In this document: positions 45,537 to 58,254 of the stretch, piece by piece
Layout: each line of letters opens with the position of its first letter
Position numbering within the stretch: position 1 is the first letter of the stretch
NCBI GenBank assembly: GCA_905178155.1
Contig: CAJINV010000002.1
Coordinates: 5,389,709-5,453,708, forward strand
DNA from: Amoebophrya sp. A120
Lineage: Eukaryota; Protista; Dinoflagellata
Direction of reading: 5' to 3'
DNA length: 64,000 bases
Made by a program: the position numbers and the translations under genes
Notes under the pieces: model-generated
The model's input: only the letters and a program-made list of their open reading frames with translations
Database searches by the model: none
Told to the model about the DNA's origin: nothing

Positions 45537-48500
45537 ATGTTCGGGTTGGAGAATCGTGTGGCGGACTTTGCGGCTCGGTACGGTATCGACCCGCAGGGCA
45601 TGGTGGAGATCGAGCGCATGATGCACGAGTTCGGGCACCGTGCCAAGGAACAAGAGGACACCAGTACGACGTCTGCTCTTCCGATAAACGGCAACGTACA
45701 GCAGCAGACTCCCGCGACGATCTCGACGCGTTCGAGCCAGCGGACGGGCACGACCAGCAGCATACAGTCCGGCCCGATGAATGCCGCGCACAGCGACGCT
45801 GTGGAACAGCCGCGTAGCCGGCAGAACAGCGGCGGGGCGCCGGGGGCGACGTTGAACAAATCTTTCAGCGGAGGTAGGACGAACTCTACTGACAAAAACA
45901 CGCCTAGCAGTGCCGGTGGTGGTCAAAACAAATCTTCGAGGGACAGCGGAAATAATAACGTGCTGCCCATCGGGGGCACGATTCGATTTGGCGGCGACAG
46001 CAGCCCGACGGCACCGGAGTTTCTGAAAAAGATGCACAAGCAAGCTGGTGGTGGCTTCAAAAACAATATGAATTCGCCCAATTTTTATGACAGCAACGGC
46101 GGCGCGCTGTCTACTTCACAACAAGCGACGAACACATCCACCGCGGACGGTGCAGCAATTGCGGCTAGTGGTCAGCACGACCAAGACCAGGCAATTCTGG
46201 CAGCGGCAAGATTGATCTACTTGCAGACCCAGCAGCACAGCGGTGCTGCCGATCATGGTTCCTCTTACGGCGCACCGGGTTTTTACAGTGGTGCACCATC
46301 CGGACCTGCTCCTGGGACGACGAGCGCCGTGTACCAGCAAGCTGGCGTAGAAAATAAGGCTGGCCTTGGTATTTTTGGCCAACACCAGAACAACCCTATG
46401 GCCGACCACAGTCTGGTGACGGCGAGCACGGCAACTGGAGGCCATCTTCAGAGCGGCACGAGTTACGGAATGAACGCATCTTCCGCGACCCAGTTGTCCG
46501 GAGCAAGTGGTGTAGGACTAGCACTAGGAGGCCCCGCGGCGGGAAATAATAACAGTAAGCCCGTTCCTGCAGTGCAACATCTCGATCATTCCCGCAGCTA
46601 CAGCTACACGTCGGCCGGACCGTACTTGCCTGCTCCGCACGACCTTGATCACAGCAGTGCCTACTATGGCACAGCTGCAGGAGACCATGTGGTCTACGGG
46701 GCTGGAGGAGGACCACACCATGCTCATCCACACTCGTACCACCATTCTGCGCAGCAAAGCATCAACACCCAGTTGCAGCAGTTGAGTCGCAGCGGCATGC
46801 TGGCGAGCACCCATGGCGCAGCAGCGGCAGGTGCAGTTGCCGGCCATCATCACTATCCCGGAGCTGCGGGAGGGCATCATAATCACCACGCCGCTTATCA
46901 CAATGGAAATCCGGTGGCGAGCAACACGGTGGGCAGTCACAGTCAGCACTACGGCATGAACATCAATTCCCGAACCGCTGCGAGTGCGGGGCACGGACCC
47001 CAGCACTACGGGGGAGCGGCGAATGTTGGCATTGGCTCCTATCACTCTAACAATATTTCGACGTACCCAGCCAACCAGTACAGTGGTATGATGACCGGCG
47101 CGACTGGAACTACGAACAGCAACAGCATGCTGACCTCTTCTTGGGGCCACCAAAATTCCGGCACGACCTATGTGACCAGCGGTGGGATTGTGCTGCAGAA
47201 GGGGGCGCGGCGGCAGAACAAAGACACGCCGTGTCGGCAGCGGCGCCGGGACCGCCGGGCGCGGGAGCGCGCGGAGAAGGAGCTCGCGGAGCTAGAAGAG
47301 ATTCTGAAGAAGGCCGAAGAAGATGCGAGCGGTGCTGTGGAGAATAAGGACAGCACGGGTGAACAAGCCTCCAAATCTCCTGTGGTCGATCTGGAGAAAA
47401 TCAAGAAGGAGGTAGAGCAGCTGAAATCCTCTCTGAGCAAAAACGACACGGCAGCATTGGTGGAGCGGGAAAAGGATCTGAAGGAACAGCACGAAGGTGA
47501 GGACGATCATGAGAGCCCGCAGTCTGCTTTGGACAAAAAATTGATCAACTTAGTCGCGGTCGGGAACAACAAGCAAATGCCTGGCAACGGCGCTGGTGCA
47601 CAGATATTGAAGAATAATTCCGGCAAGAACAGCGAAACGGAGTCTGTCGCGACGAATCCGGGTGATTTGAGCAGCAAAAACGGAGGATTTGTGACCCCGG
47701 TAGGTGGTGGAAACGCCGGCGGCGGTAGGAATTATACTTCAGCACAGCAGTACGCTCAACAGTACGGCGACATGACGAAAACCCGGCCGCACGCGTCGCC
47801 GACGCCAACCTTCGCAACGCACAGCCCGGCCTCCATCTCCCCGATGTCCGGCCACTATAATTTTTACGGCGCGAGCCGCAGCATGCCCCCGGGCAAAACC
47901 TCCTTTTTCGACCGCCCCAGCGACGTCGTCCTGACTGGCCGGTTCAGTCACACGTCCGGCAACACCTCTGCGGCCGGCGGTTGGAACAACAACGCCAGCA
48001 GCTACAGCCACCACCTGTCCGTCGGTTCTGCGCGAAACAGCCGCCTGGAGAAGCTGAGTCACTCCTCCACGCCGACGAACCGGAGCAAAATGGCGCACCG
48101 CGATGGAGGCACCTTCACGCCGCCTCCCGGGCTCGAGGACATCAGTCAGGACCTGGCTGGCACGGACGCCGAAGCGGAGGACGTTTTGACGCGGAGCATC
48201 CCCATGGGCGAAGAAGAGATCGTGCCTCTGCGGGGAAGTGCGCCTCCTGCCTTCCTCGGGACTGCAGGGACAACTACAAGGCCACCAGCTTCTTCGAACG
48301 AGTCCACACCCACGAACAAGCACAAGAAAGAGCTGGTGACCGCCTCTGAGCCGCCGGGCATGGGCATGTGGTCGCTCTGGGGCTATAATCAGGCAAAGGA
48401 GAAGACCGTTAAAGGTGGGACCAGCAAAAACGCGGAAGTTGCAGTAGGAGAGAGCACTGTTCTTGGCACATCAACTTCCAAGCAACAAGCTGCGGTCAAG

Positions 48501-49121
48501 GGCAACAAGAACTACATGTCAGCTTCTACCATCAGCACCACGGTCAAAAAGGCCGCGCAACAAGAACACGCAGGTGAAGATACGGCCAGCAGAAATCTTG
48601 ATTTGCATCAGTCCGCGCCGGGCTTCTTGCACAACGAAGCCTTGCTATCGAAGCAGGCCGCGCTTCCGAGCCCGAAGAATAGCAACCCGCGGCTCCACCA
48701 GTCCAACAAATCTTCTACCAGCTCTACGGTGACCACGACGCAGCAGCGCGAAATCCTGCAGTCCTCGGACCCCACTGGCGGGGTGATGACGCTTGCGAAG
48801 AGCCGCAAAAAAGCCGAGTCGGACGTGGCCCCCTTTGGAAGTGCAGCGAACGGCAGTCTGCTTTTGTTCGAAAGCGCGCCTGCGGGTGGCAGTGGACTTC
48901 TGACTCAGGAGGGAGGGGGCGCTGGCTTCATTAGTAGCGCGGTTGGAACCGGAGCACGAACTGCTGGCGGGGCATCAAAAAGCAACGGAGAAGCCGGCGC
49001 AGCCGATCACACCGGCGACGAGGACGAGGAGGAGGAGGAGCTGCCGGCGGGATTTCGCCACTCAGTGTCCGAACCCGTGCCGGTTTCCGCCACGCACGCA
49101 GCGGTACTGAACGGCCTGTAA
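45537..49121 (+). CDS. Hypothetical intronless low-complexity protein (1194 aa) with central basic segment and coiled coil
   Basis: Long uninterrupted GC-rich ORF, G/S/A/H/N-rich like neighbouring host genes; no domain recognised. Confidence 0.75.
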   Translation: MFGLENRVADFAARYGIDPQGMVEIERMMHEFGHRAKEQEDTSTTSALPINGNVQQQTPATISTRSSQRTGTTSSIQSGPMNAAHSDAVEQPRSRQNSGGAPGATLNKSFSGGRTNSTDKNTPSSAGGGQNKSSRDSGNNNVLPIGGTIRFGGDSSPTAPEFLKKMHKQAGGGFKNNMNSPNFYDSNGGALSTSQQATNTSTADGAAIAASGQHDQDQAILAAARLIYLQTQQHSGAADHGSSYGAPGFYSGAPSGPAPGTTSAVYQQAGVENKAGLGIFGQHQNNPMADHSLVTASTATGGHLQSGTSYGMNASSATQLSGASGVGLALGGPAAGNNNSKPVPAVQHLDHSRSYSYTSAGPYLPAPHDLDHSSAYYGTAAGDHVVYGAGGGPHHAHPHSYHHSAQQSINTQLQQLSRSGMLASTHGAAAAGAVAGHHHYPGAAGGHHNHHAAYHNGNPVASNTVGSHSQHYGMNINSRTAASAGHGPQHYGGAANVGIGSYHSNNISTYPANQYSGMMTGATGTTNSNSMLTSSWGHQNSGTTYVTSGGIVLQKGARRQNKDTPCRQRRRDRRARERAEKELAELEEILKKAEEDASGAVENKDSTGEQASKSPVVDLEKIKKEVEQLKSSLSKNDTAALVEREKDLKEQHEGEDDHESPQSALDKKLINLVAVGNNKQMPGNGAGAQILKNNSGKNSETESVATNPGDLSSKNGGFVTPVGGGNAGGGRNYTSAQQYAQQYGDMTKTRPHASPTPTFATHSPASISPMSGHYNFYGASRSMPPGKTSFFDRPSDVVLTGRFSHTSGNTSAAGGWNNNASSYSHHLSVGSARNSRLEKLSHSSTPTNRSKMAHRDGGTFTPPPGLEDISQDLAGTDAEAEDVLTRSIPMGEEEIVPLRGSAPPAFLGTAGTTTRPPASSNESTPTNKHKKELVTASEPPGMGMWSLWGYNQAKEKTVKGGTSKNAEVAVGESTVLGTSTSKQQAAVKGNKNYMSASTISTTVKKAAQQEHAGEDTASRNLDLHQSAPGFLHNEALLSKQAALPSPKNSNPRLHQSNKSSTSSTVTTTQQREILQSSDPTGGVMTLAKSRKKAESDVAPFGSAANGSLLLFESAPAGGSGLLTQEGGGAGFISSAVGTGARTAGGASKSNGEAGAADHTGDEDEEEEELPAGFRHSVSEPVPVSATHAAVLNGL

Positions 49122-52100
49122 GTAATCCTTGTTGTGTGGTTGGAAAAAAAAAACGAGTTGGCAGCCACAGCCGACTTCTTGAACGGTGATTGCAGATGAC
49201 TTACGGAAGAACAGAACAAGCGGCGAGATCAAATGACTGATGTTGATCGATGATCCAGATGACAAAACTACTATAGTATACGTGGTATGTCTTCTTGCGC
49301 TAACGAACACTATAGATACACAGTTGCACAATGAAAGAATGTCGAACCGAGATAGAAGGAAGTAAAAAATACGGCTCTCGTGTTTTTTACTACGTAGAAG
49401 AGGCGATCCTTGCAATAATCAGCTGTGCGAGTGCCGGAGTCTGCACTATGACAGTGTGCTCTTCCTCTTTTTCTCTTTCGGCATAAGCATACTAGAAAAC
49501 TTTCCACGACGAGCAATAAATCTGGCTCATCTATATCGACATCTACTTCAAACCCGCTTTTCCTTTTTCCCATTCGATCTTCCCGATCAGTCTTAGGAAT
49601 CCGGTAGTATTTTTTCATTTTTTGGTTTATCTTTTATGAAGACAGAGCGCGCCCGCGCACTTTTTCTTTTTCATCCGGTAAGAAAAATACGAAAGTGTTT
49701 AGAAGATTCAGAACTTGTGCACTTCATCTATCATCTCAGGAGTCGAACAGATTATTGATGACCGGATCGTGTAGTTGGATCTCGGGCCATCAGTTGCAAA
49801 ACCTACTATTTTTATCACTTGATGTACAACATCAACATTTCTACACCGCTCTGTTGGTTTGGTATACTAGGAACTCTACTACCAATAAGTGTCCCTCTAA
49901 ACAACATACAGCAATCGGCTCGTCCAGATGTTGAAATATTTCCCCCCTCTTGTGAAGAGAAGCTAGTGTCGTGTGAGGTGGACCTTCTTTTAAGTGCTTC
50001 CGTCGCCTGTGCCAGCAGGGGGTTGCTCCGAAGGGACCACTAAGTACTAGCTAGTGCCCGACCAAAGACGCAACAATGCTGCGGTTGTGACCAGACGAAA
50101 AATCACGACAACGACGACCACCAATAAGTACAGCCAGGACCAGTATAGGAGACTCATGCATTATCATTTACGTGTAGAGCAGGCCATTGCTCATTGCTGT
50201 TGCTATTGCATGCATCCGCCGTGGCAGCTGCAATCGATGCTTTTTGACGTTCAAGCCCATAGACTACAACATATGATACAACTCAAGCACAGATACTTTA
50301 TTTCTTCCAGCACTTTATGTCCCAGTCGTGAAGGTGAAGAACACGGAGGACACGGAGCTGTAAGTCTCCTGCCTTGAGTTACATACAGAAAGTGGAGAAT
50401 TATAGGCGATCGAAATAATGAGCATGAGAAATCAATCTGTTACTGTTGGCACATCAGCAAAAGAAGAGGGCATTGATTTTGATTTTTGGACCGGAGGATT
50501 TTTTGGACATGGAGAAGTAGTACTTAGTTGTTAAAGCTGTTGCGTCGAAAACAAGTACTTCAGACGAGCTATTGAAGTATTTCTGAAAATCACAAGGAAA
50601 GAAACGTAAAAAAAAATTCCCGCAAGTCCATCTCCATCTCAGCATTGTGCATAACAACGACTATCATATTTTTTAGGACGGCCACGCTGTCAATATTACG
50701 ACCTATTTCATCTTTTATATATTGTGGAAGCGTTTCGCTCGACGAAAGCTTTTTTTTGGAAAACTTTAACTACTGAAAAAACGTGGACAGTATTGCTATC
50801 GCGTGGAGAATTGGCCTCATGAGACGGGAAGTCTCGCTTCTTCTTCTACTGCGGTATTGATTTTACTATATCGAATCAACGAGCAGAGGCTACTTACATA
50901 GATTTTTCCAGAAGTATGGAAGGGCACTGCGGCTAGCAAAAGCGAAAGTATTTCTATTTCTAAATAACCTTAGGCCAGGGTCTTTAGAAGTACATCCATA
51001 TGTGGGAAAGTGTTTCTGCCCTGTTAGAAAATAATTTGTTTTATTCACCTTCCGGGGCAACTTTCTCACTCTTCCTAGCCTTCTTCTGAAGATGGTCATG
51101 GAGAGACTTTATAACTACTGTTCGCTATTATGCTAGTATTCTCAGTAGCCTGCTTCCTCGACGATAGTTTTTGCTTTGGCGAACCAGCAACCAAATTGTA
51201 ATCCGAAACAAGTTTGGAAAATAAGAGTTTTGCACTGCGGCCGGCTACTTCTACAATTTACTTCACGGCGAAATTATGCTAATCTTTCGTGGCAGCCATG
51301 TGGCGAGGCCTATACATTTTGACGTCGAAGTAGACCACGACGACCCGCCTAGTTGTGCTCACAATCCAGGAGCTCCTGCCAATACAACACAGCTTTCAAC
51401 ACAGCTGAGCCGAAACAAGAACAACGAATTGCTAGAAGCCACGAAAGAAACTGCGATGGAAAATTACGCATTCCTTCGAGGACATGCGTGCAACGGGCTA
51501 TAATTTTTTGGTGGAATTAAAACAAAAATAAGCTATTAATGTATATCAACCAGCGTCAGCAAATACAAATAGGTTTAGTATGCATGGTCACAGCGAAATA
51601 AACTTCTCGAAGAACGACCTGAAAAAATAAAAATGATCGTCGAGGCGGACATGATATGATATCAAAAGTGCACGGGATCATGGCGAGAGGCCGATTACAC
51701 ATATCACAGCTACAAAAACAACCAAAAACCACTCCAAGAGCACCAGTAAAAATAAGTAGGTCCACAACCAGTAGTATTGAATGTATAACGCCTCTGGAAT
51801 TTTAAAAGGCAGTGTATTCAGACTGTAGGACCGCATGAAAAAAGTGTACATGATGTGAAGACGAGATGAGTAGCATGATGTCTGAGTCTACGACTCGGAG
51901 GACAGGAGATGAAAGAGTTTTTCTTTCAAAGCAACAATGAACATGACAATATCTCCCCAGAGCAGTAGGAAAGGAACGTTCGTCACTACAACTCTGCGCC
52001 CGAAATGAATGGTGGGTTAGCGCAGATAGTAAAACGTGAGCTGGACGACGTCGCTCCTACTTCTAGCGGCGAACATTACTGTCGATGGACAATCTGATTC

Positions 52101-55100
52101 GCTTTTTCATTGACGCTTCATCCTTTCAAGATTACAAAAAAAATACTCCAAGTAGAGGCACCGCCACTTCTTCTTCTGAGGCAAGGGTCGAACCTGCCTC
52201 GGTGTAGTTGACGAGATGGGACAAAAAGGTGTATTGCCATGATTGATATCATGTGTTCCCCGTACTACTCGCACTCGCATTGCGGCTCCGGAGCGGGGGT
52301 CTATGCGAGGCCGGAACTTCTACCCAACGAGATCGACAGAAATTTTCTTTGTCTATCTTGGCTTCTTGTTCTTCCTGTTTTGCATCTTGCTGGTTTATTT
52401 CATGCCGAATTATAAGCGTTGTAAGTATCGTCTATAGTTTTTATCGAAAGAACCCAAAAAATTCAATTTTATCGAAAGAACTCCGTGCGCCGCACTCAGA
52501 AGGCTCACCCTCGTAGAGACAATTTGAATTTCCATTCGACGTCCAATTTCCATCTGGTTGCTGTCGGGCTTTGTTTCATTGGAGTCGTTATCGCAAAAAA
52601 TGTCGTCGTGTTGCGTTCTTGTTTTTGTGATGATAATAAAAGGACCTTCCCGTCGTGCTACCTGCGAGAGTGTCTGTCATCAAGAATATCAAGAATATGA
52701 CAAGTAGAGCACGAAAAAGCAAAATGCTAGATCCGAAGATAGATAGAACTAAAGTTATACCACGTCCAAGAAATATAGTCACGCACACGCGCACCAGAGC
52801 TCTACTACGTACGTACCCTCGTGCATACAGTGCGCGAGATAGAAGAAAACCATATCTGCCCCAGAACAAGAACTGAAGATTTTTCCTGTTTCGTACTTGC
52901 GATCTCGTGATGCCGTCGTTGTCCTCGTGGAATGGAAAAATATCGACTCGTGACCACAGATAAGATAAAACATCCGTACTACCGGGGCACCAGCAACATA
53001 GCAGCTGATCTAGTACTTGTTCAACATGATCCATATCGATTATTGTATCGTCCCACAAGACCACTATCGAACAAGGCGACATAGAAATACTTTCCGATCG
53101 CTACAGGAACTGACTGTATCAGCTATCATCTTTTCATATTTGATCATGATCCTCCGGATATTGTGAATTAATGTATGACAACAGTGAGTTTCTGGTCTAG
53201 AAAATGAGGAAATAATAGTTCCCCGCCCGTCTACTTGTTCGTGGTGCTCCACCCAAACAATCCTTCCCCTGAACTCTGGTCTTCACAATTACATTCCGAC
53301 CTCCGAAGTCGAATTCGAAAAGATCGATTTGTGCGAAAAATAACCTATTTACGCCCATCGACGTTTCTACGTAACATGGTATTGAGAACACAAATAGTAC
53401 AACAAATCCATCGCAGCACGACAGTACGTCATTATATTGCTATAATTGGTAATATCATCGCGCGTCGTTATGTCCGTAGAACTAGAAGACCCGAAAAATT
53501 TTCGCGTTCCAAGGGTGAAGTGACAAGTTAGTAAGCATCATCCCGCAGCAGAAAATGAGATCGATTCATTGACAGAAATAATGTCTTGAATCTTCATCCT
53601 CGTCCGATCGTTGACTACTTCTCCTAGATGAGAAACAGAAAGCAAACCGTGATCGTGATGAAAAGGAGCAGCAGATAGGATAATATTTTTTGCAGGTGTA
53701 GTCCCACCGAGTGTCTGTTGTCGCTGTCAGTTTCATCAGCAATTATTAGAAGACGAAAACTCTCTTTCGAGCGAGAAGAAATATACGAAATATTGCAGTG
53801 GTCGATGAAATGGATTCTGTCTGACTCGAAGGAACCACGTCTGTCATCATTTTTTAGGGAACTGGATTGTTTTTTTTTCTTTTCTAAAGGGCACAAGCGG
53901 AGCAGCTGCATAACGAAAACCTTAGTGCTAGCTGCAGAATTTCTTCTATCGAGGTAGAGGCACTACGGGGAACAGAACAAGAAGACAGAGCAGAAAATAG
54001 AACAAATAAATCATTCTAGAACCCTCTTTGAGCTAATTTGGTTGCGGTCACCATAAATTTTAGCATTTTCGCCTTGCCCCTCCTGTCGATCTTTTACCCC
54101 GTGCAGCAGGAGCTCTGTCGAAAACAAGTACTTCATTGCATTTCCCTGTGGAGGTTTCTTTTGCAGGTCGGAGCAAAAGAACGAAATTTCTCGGCGAGCG
54201 ACGTTCTTCGGCGCTGCGCGAACGCCACGAACAGATGCTGCAGACCGAATAAGTGCTAGAACGACCTGTGAAAGTACTACGATCGATCCTTCCAACAGCT
54301 GCTCGCCCGCGACAAAAGCAAGTAGAAGTATCCTATCTATCATAGTTGCCTGCATTAATCATACGACTGCTCACGCAGTCCTTTCTTTGCCTTTATTTCC
54401 TACCCCGCTTGTCGATACAAAAATTGTGGTGTCCTCCTCCTCAGAATTTTTATCTCAAAAAAAGAAATCTTCAAACTCAAAGTTGTCCTTTATTGCAATG
54501 CAGCTTGTCGAGACCGTATATTTTTTCCTAATTGCGACATCATATTCTTCCTCTCAAGCGACTTTTCTTCGTTAGGTTTACTTTCTTTAACCGCTTTTTA
54601 ACTTTCGAAGAGTGAGTGCGTCTCATCTTCTCGCTTTTACTTATTTTGCCCTTCCTCCCTGAAGCTAACTTTGCTCCTGTACCTAGGTCGTCTGTATCAA
54701 TATTCGTTATCATCTCGTTCCCACGAGGGCCTCGTCTGGCTTGCGTACTGCATCGAGAGGGACCTTCTACTTTGAGTTAGTACGTAGACGTACTGTGGTA
54801 ACAAACTAGCGCAATAAAAACCATCACCATGACGACGCTTCTTCCGCCCCTTGAGGACGACGAAATCGGGGGACAGCAGCCACCACAGCACCTCGACAGT
54901 ACATTATGCATTGCAAAAGTAGTTGTACTATCGTGGTAATTTGTACTTCGTGGTATTTTTTTATAAAAAACAAAGCAAAAGCCTGCATTTGCAAAAATAA
55001 ACTTTCTCAGGACCAAAAACGCAATTTGTCTTGCACTTGCTAGATCAGGTGTTTCGGAGGTTAGATTTGTCACGCATGATGAATGCAATTGCCATCGGAG

Positions 55101-55193
55101 TGCGATACTTTTGCAGAGGATAGACAGCGGCCAACATTGAGAGCAATGCTCTTGGTCTCCTGCACGAGGACAATCACGCGGGTGCAGGAATAA

Positions 55194-57942
55194 ATGGAGG
55201 TGAGAACAATAGTAATCAAAACCTCCTTGAAGTTGACCACGCCACCGCTCCAGCAACCGCCACTTACACTACTATCATCCAGCGAGCACGGCAGGCGGAC
55301 CCCAACTCCCAGCACGCGCTGGGCGTGCGAAACTTTACGGACGCCGTGGCGCCGGCACCCGCGATCGTGCCTGGGCTGTTGGAACATACCTTCGATCAGG
55401 CGCTGGTCGAAGCCATGCAGCGGGCAAAGACCCTGGACAAGAGCAAGTACGAACAAATTCAGCGCAGAGCGGTAGAGTATTATCAGATCCCTGTCGGAAA
55501 ATGGGCGGAATACCTCTCGCCCATAAAGAACCGGGTGACCTTTTTCACGTACTATATTAATTCATCGTGTTTTTGGCTTTGTGCAGAAGAGTGAATTTGT
55601 TGATACCATTCCTGCTCCATGATAAGTACCAGCCTTAGAGTTTGACCAGATAGAAGGAGAAGCAAGTGCTGCCCCATGTTTGTAGTTGTCAAAGGATGAT
55701 TAGCCAAAAAGCGCCAGGTCGAACTAGTTCTACGATCACGTCCACTTGTTCAACTTCTTGCTACCAAAATACAGGACAACTGCTCCATAAATAACGACCT
55801 CCCTCACTACATAAAATAAAAACCACACAACTACCAACCAGTTGGCTGATGGGTCTCCCGGCCAGCTTTCACAAGGCGCCGAAAGATACGCGTGCCCTGC
55901 ACAAGTTCATCGAGGCAAAGTGCATGCTGAAGCACAAAAGCATCGAGGCGCAGCACAAGATGTCGATGCGGAAAACGATAGACTACGTGTACCACAAAAC
56001 AAAAGCGGCGTTTAAGGACAACGAGCAGTACAAGATAAACGGGTTCTGGAAGGATTTTCTGGACAATCCGATAGGCGCGAGAAAGTGCGCGGAATTTGTA
56101 GACGACCAGATAAGGTACAAAAATTAATAACGCATAGCTTCATTTCGTTATTTTCGTAATTCATTGCAAATCCAAGGGCAACGCAATTCCAAAAGTTTTT
56201 GTCATTGTTTCGACGGATGACTAAATGGAAAACCACATGCACAAAAATATACAACCTCCGCTGCAGGCTGTGCGTGACGAAGCATAAGCAGAACATGCTC
56301 TCTTCTGGCAAACCGATCCCAGAAAATAAGTTTACCGCCGAACAGCAAGCGAGGATAGAGGGCATTCGCGAAAAGTTCGGGTTAGAAAAAGAGGAACCAA
56401 AAAAGAAAGGTACTGAAGATTTTTGTGAAGCCGAAGAAGTACTGAAGATTCGTGACGTAGTTGTCGTCGAAGAAGATCAAGATGTCGATGTGAAATTGTA
56501 AAACTTCTCCTGTGCGATGACTTCTATGCCTATTGTAAAAATACAGCCCAGTTATAACAATTACAGGTAGTAGCTCCAGCACCGCTTTGACGAATGCGAA
56601 TTTGAAAATGCTTCCGGAGCAGAAGCGCATGGTGAAGCGCGCACCCCCGGCCCCTCCCGCAGCGGCGCCTGGCGCCGGCCGGCCCGCTCCCCCGCCACCA
56701 AAAGTCGCGGCCGAGAAGAAGAAACCACTCACGGCCGCGGAGCTGCTAGGCGGCGGCGACAGTACGGGGAAGAGCAACGTGAACATCAATAACCAGAGTT
56801 CTGGTGCTGGCGGCCACGTAGTTCTTGCCGGGGACCCTAGTAATAACGCAGGAGGAACGGCAGGTGGTGCAGCAACAGCATCCAGCAGTTACAACAAGAA
56901 GCTATCAACTGCAAAAATGTCTGGGTCTGGAAGGTTGGAACTTGTGATGCTAACTTTGGAGTCCGCATAGAATCTGTATTGCACAAACAGCAAAAGAAGT
57001 GCAATCTGTGCTACGCGGAGAGGGCATTTCTCATGCTGTATGAGCATCAGAAAGCCCTCGCGGAATCTCTGATGCTAGGGCATGCATCACAGACCTCGTG
57101 GGTAATGGAAAATCTGCATGACAAACGCCTGCATTCATTCTTCCAGACCCAGACATTTTTGCATTTGATAGAAGCACCAGGAGAACAACAGCGTGAAGTT
57201 TTCCGTAGGCGAACTGACGGGGCCCAACTACACCGGCAGTGCGGCCGCAGAGGTGACGCCGGGCGCCGCTTTCGAGTTCACCCAGGGTGGCGCGGGCTTC
57301 GAATTCACCCCCGCGGGCTTCGAGTTCACCCAGGGTGGCGCAGAGGACCTCATTGAGTACACGCCGCACGGAGCACAGGGCAAGAAGGAGAAGAAAATTT
57401 TTGGCGAGCGAAGTAAGGATAAGAAGATGAAGGAAGAAGAGGAGAGAAAAAGAAATAATAAAGACCATCCAGCAGGAGCTCCTAACAAGGACGCGGCCAC
57501 AAATAGACAGCACGTCTCGTCTTCTTCTTTCCCCTACAACGACGTCACGGGACGCGACACGAGTAAGAATCCCACTTACCAGCAGGCGAAGTCGGCCAAC
57601 GATCCAATGTGGAGCAAAATGGGCTACAGCAGCCACCTCGGTGCAGCAGGCGGGGATCAAAATAAAGCGGCTGGTCGTGGGGCAGCGGCAGACGAAAGTG
57701 TCAACTACGCATTTTCCTTCGACTACGGAGCAGGTGGGGCAAGTAACAAGATAACCAGCCCGAAGCCGGGTGCAGCTGCAAGTTCCTTTCCCGACCCGTT
57801 GGCGGCCATGATAAAATCCCCCGTGAGAAAACCAGGCGGTACGCCGGAAAAGCGTGCGAAGGGTGGAGACGATGACGCAGGCGCGAAGAAACGGAAAACC
57901 GAGGACTACAAAGCGCTGGGGATCGACTTCGATGAGCTGTAA
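55194..57942 (+). CDS. Hypothetical multi-exon protein
   Basis: ORF blocks join in frame via GT-AG introns at 55200-55282, 55549-55841, 56115-56266 and 56410-56566 and the element at 56903. Start tentative. Confidence 0.65.
56903..57170. mobile_element. TIR introner, family A, in exon
   Basis: Family A TIR; direct repeat GAAGC at 56898-56902 and 57171-57175. Removal gives YNKK-HQENNSVKF in frame. Confidence 0.92.
57271..57342 (+). repeat. Short coding tandem repeat (FEFTQGGAG/FEFTPAG/FEFTQGGA)
   Basis: Three ttcga(g/a)ttcacc units. Confidence 0.8.
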
Positions 57943-57987
57943 AAGTAGCGTTGTTCTCCTATAGATTTTTTGTTGTACCTACCACCT

Positions 57988-58254
57988 TATCAAATGCAAA
58001 AGTGTCTGGGTCTGGAAGAATGCGCGATTTGTCATGCAGCTTTTCCATGACCCATGAGGTCTGTAATGCAGGATCTAGCATGACAGACGAGACTCTGCGC
58101 GCTCTCTCTCATGCCTATCCTGCATGAGAAACTCCCTCCCGACTTGGCCAAAACTGGACGACTTTTGGTAATCATGCAACACAGATTTTCTCATGCTTCA
58201 AATTTAGCATGACAAGTTGCATTCTTCCAGACCCAGACATTTTTACATTTCATA
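57988..58254. mobile_element. TIR element, family A, 45 nt downstream of a stop codon (3' UTR or intergenic)
   Basis: Family A TIR; direct repeat CACCT at 57983-57987 and 58255-58259. Confidence 0.92.

Noticed and set aside
52176-52205. Minus-strand GCAGG-TTCGACC-CTTGC resembling a tRNA T-arm
   Set aside because: No D-arm, anticodon arm or acceptor stem could be built around it.
49200-55100. Many short ORFs in the long intergenic region
   Set aside because: AT-rich, no consistent frame, domain or repeat structure seen; possibly decayed sequence but not supportable.
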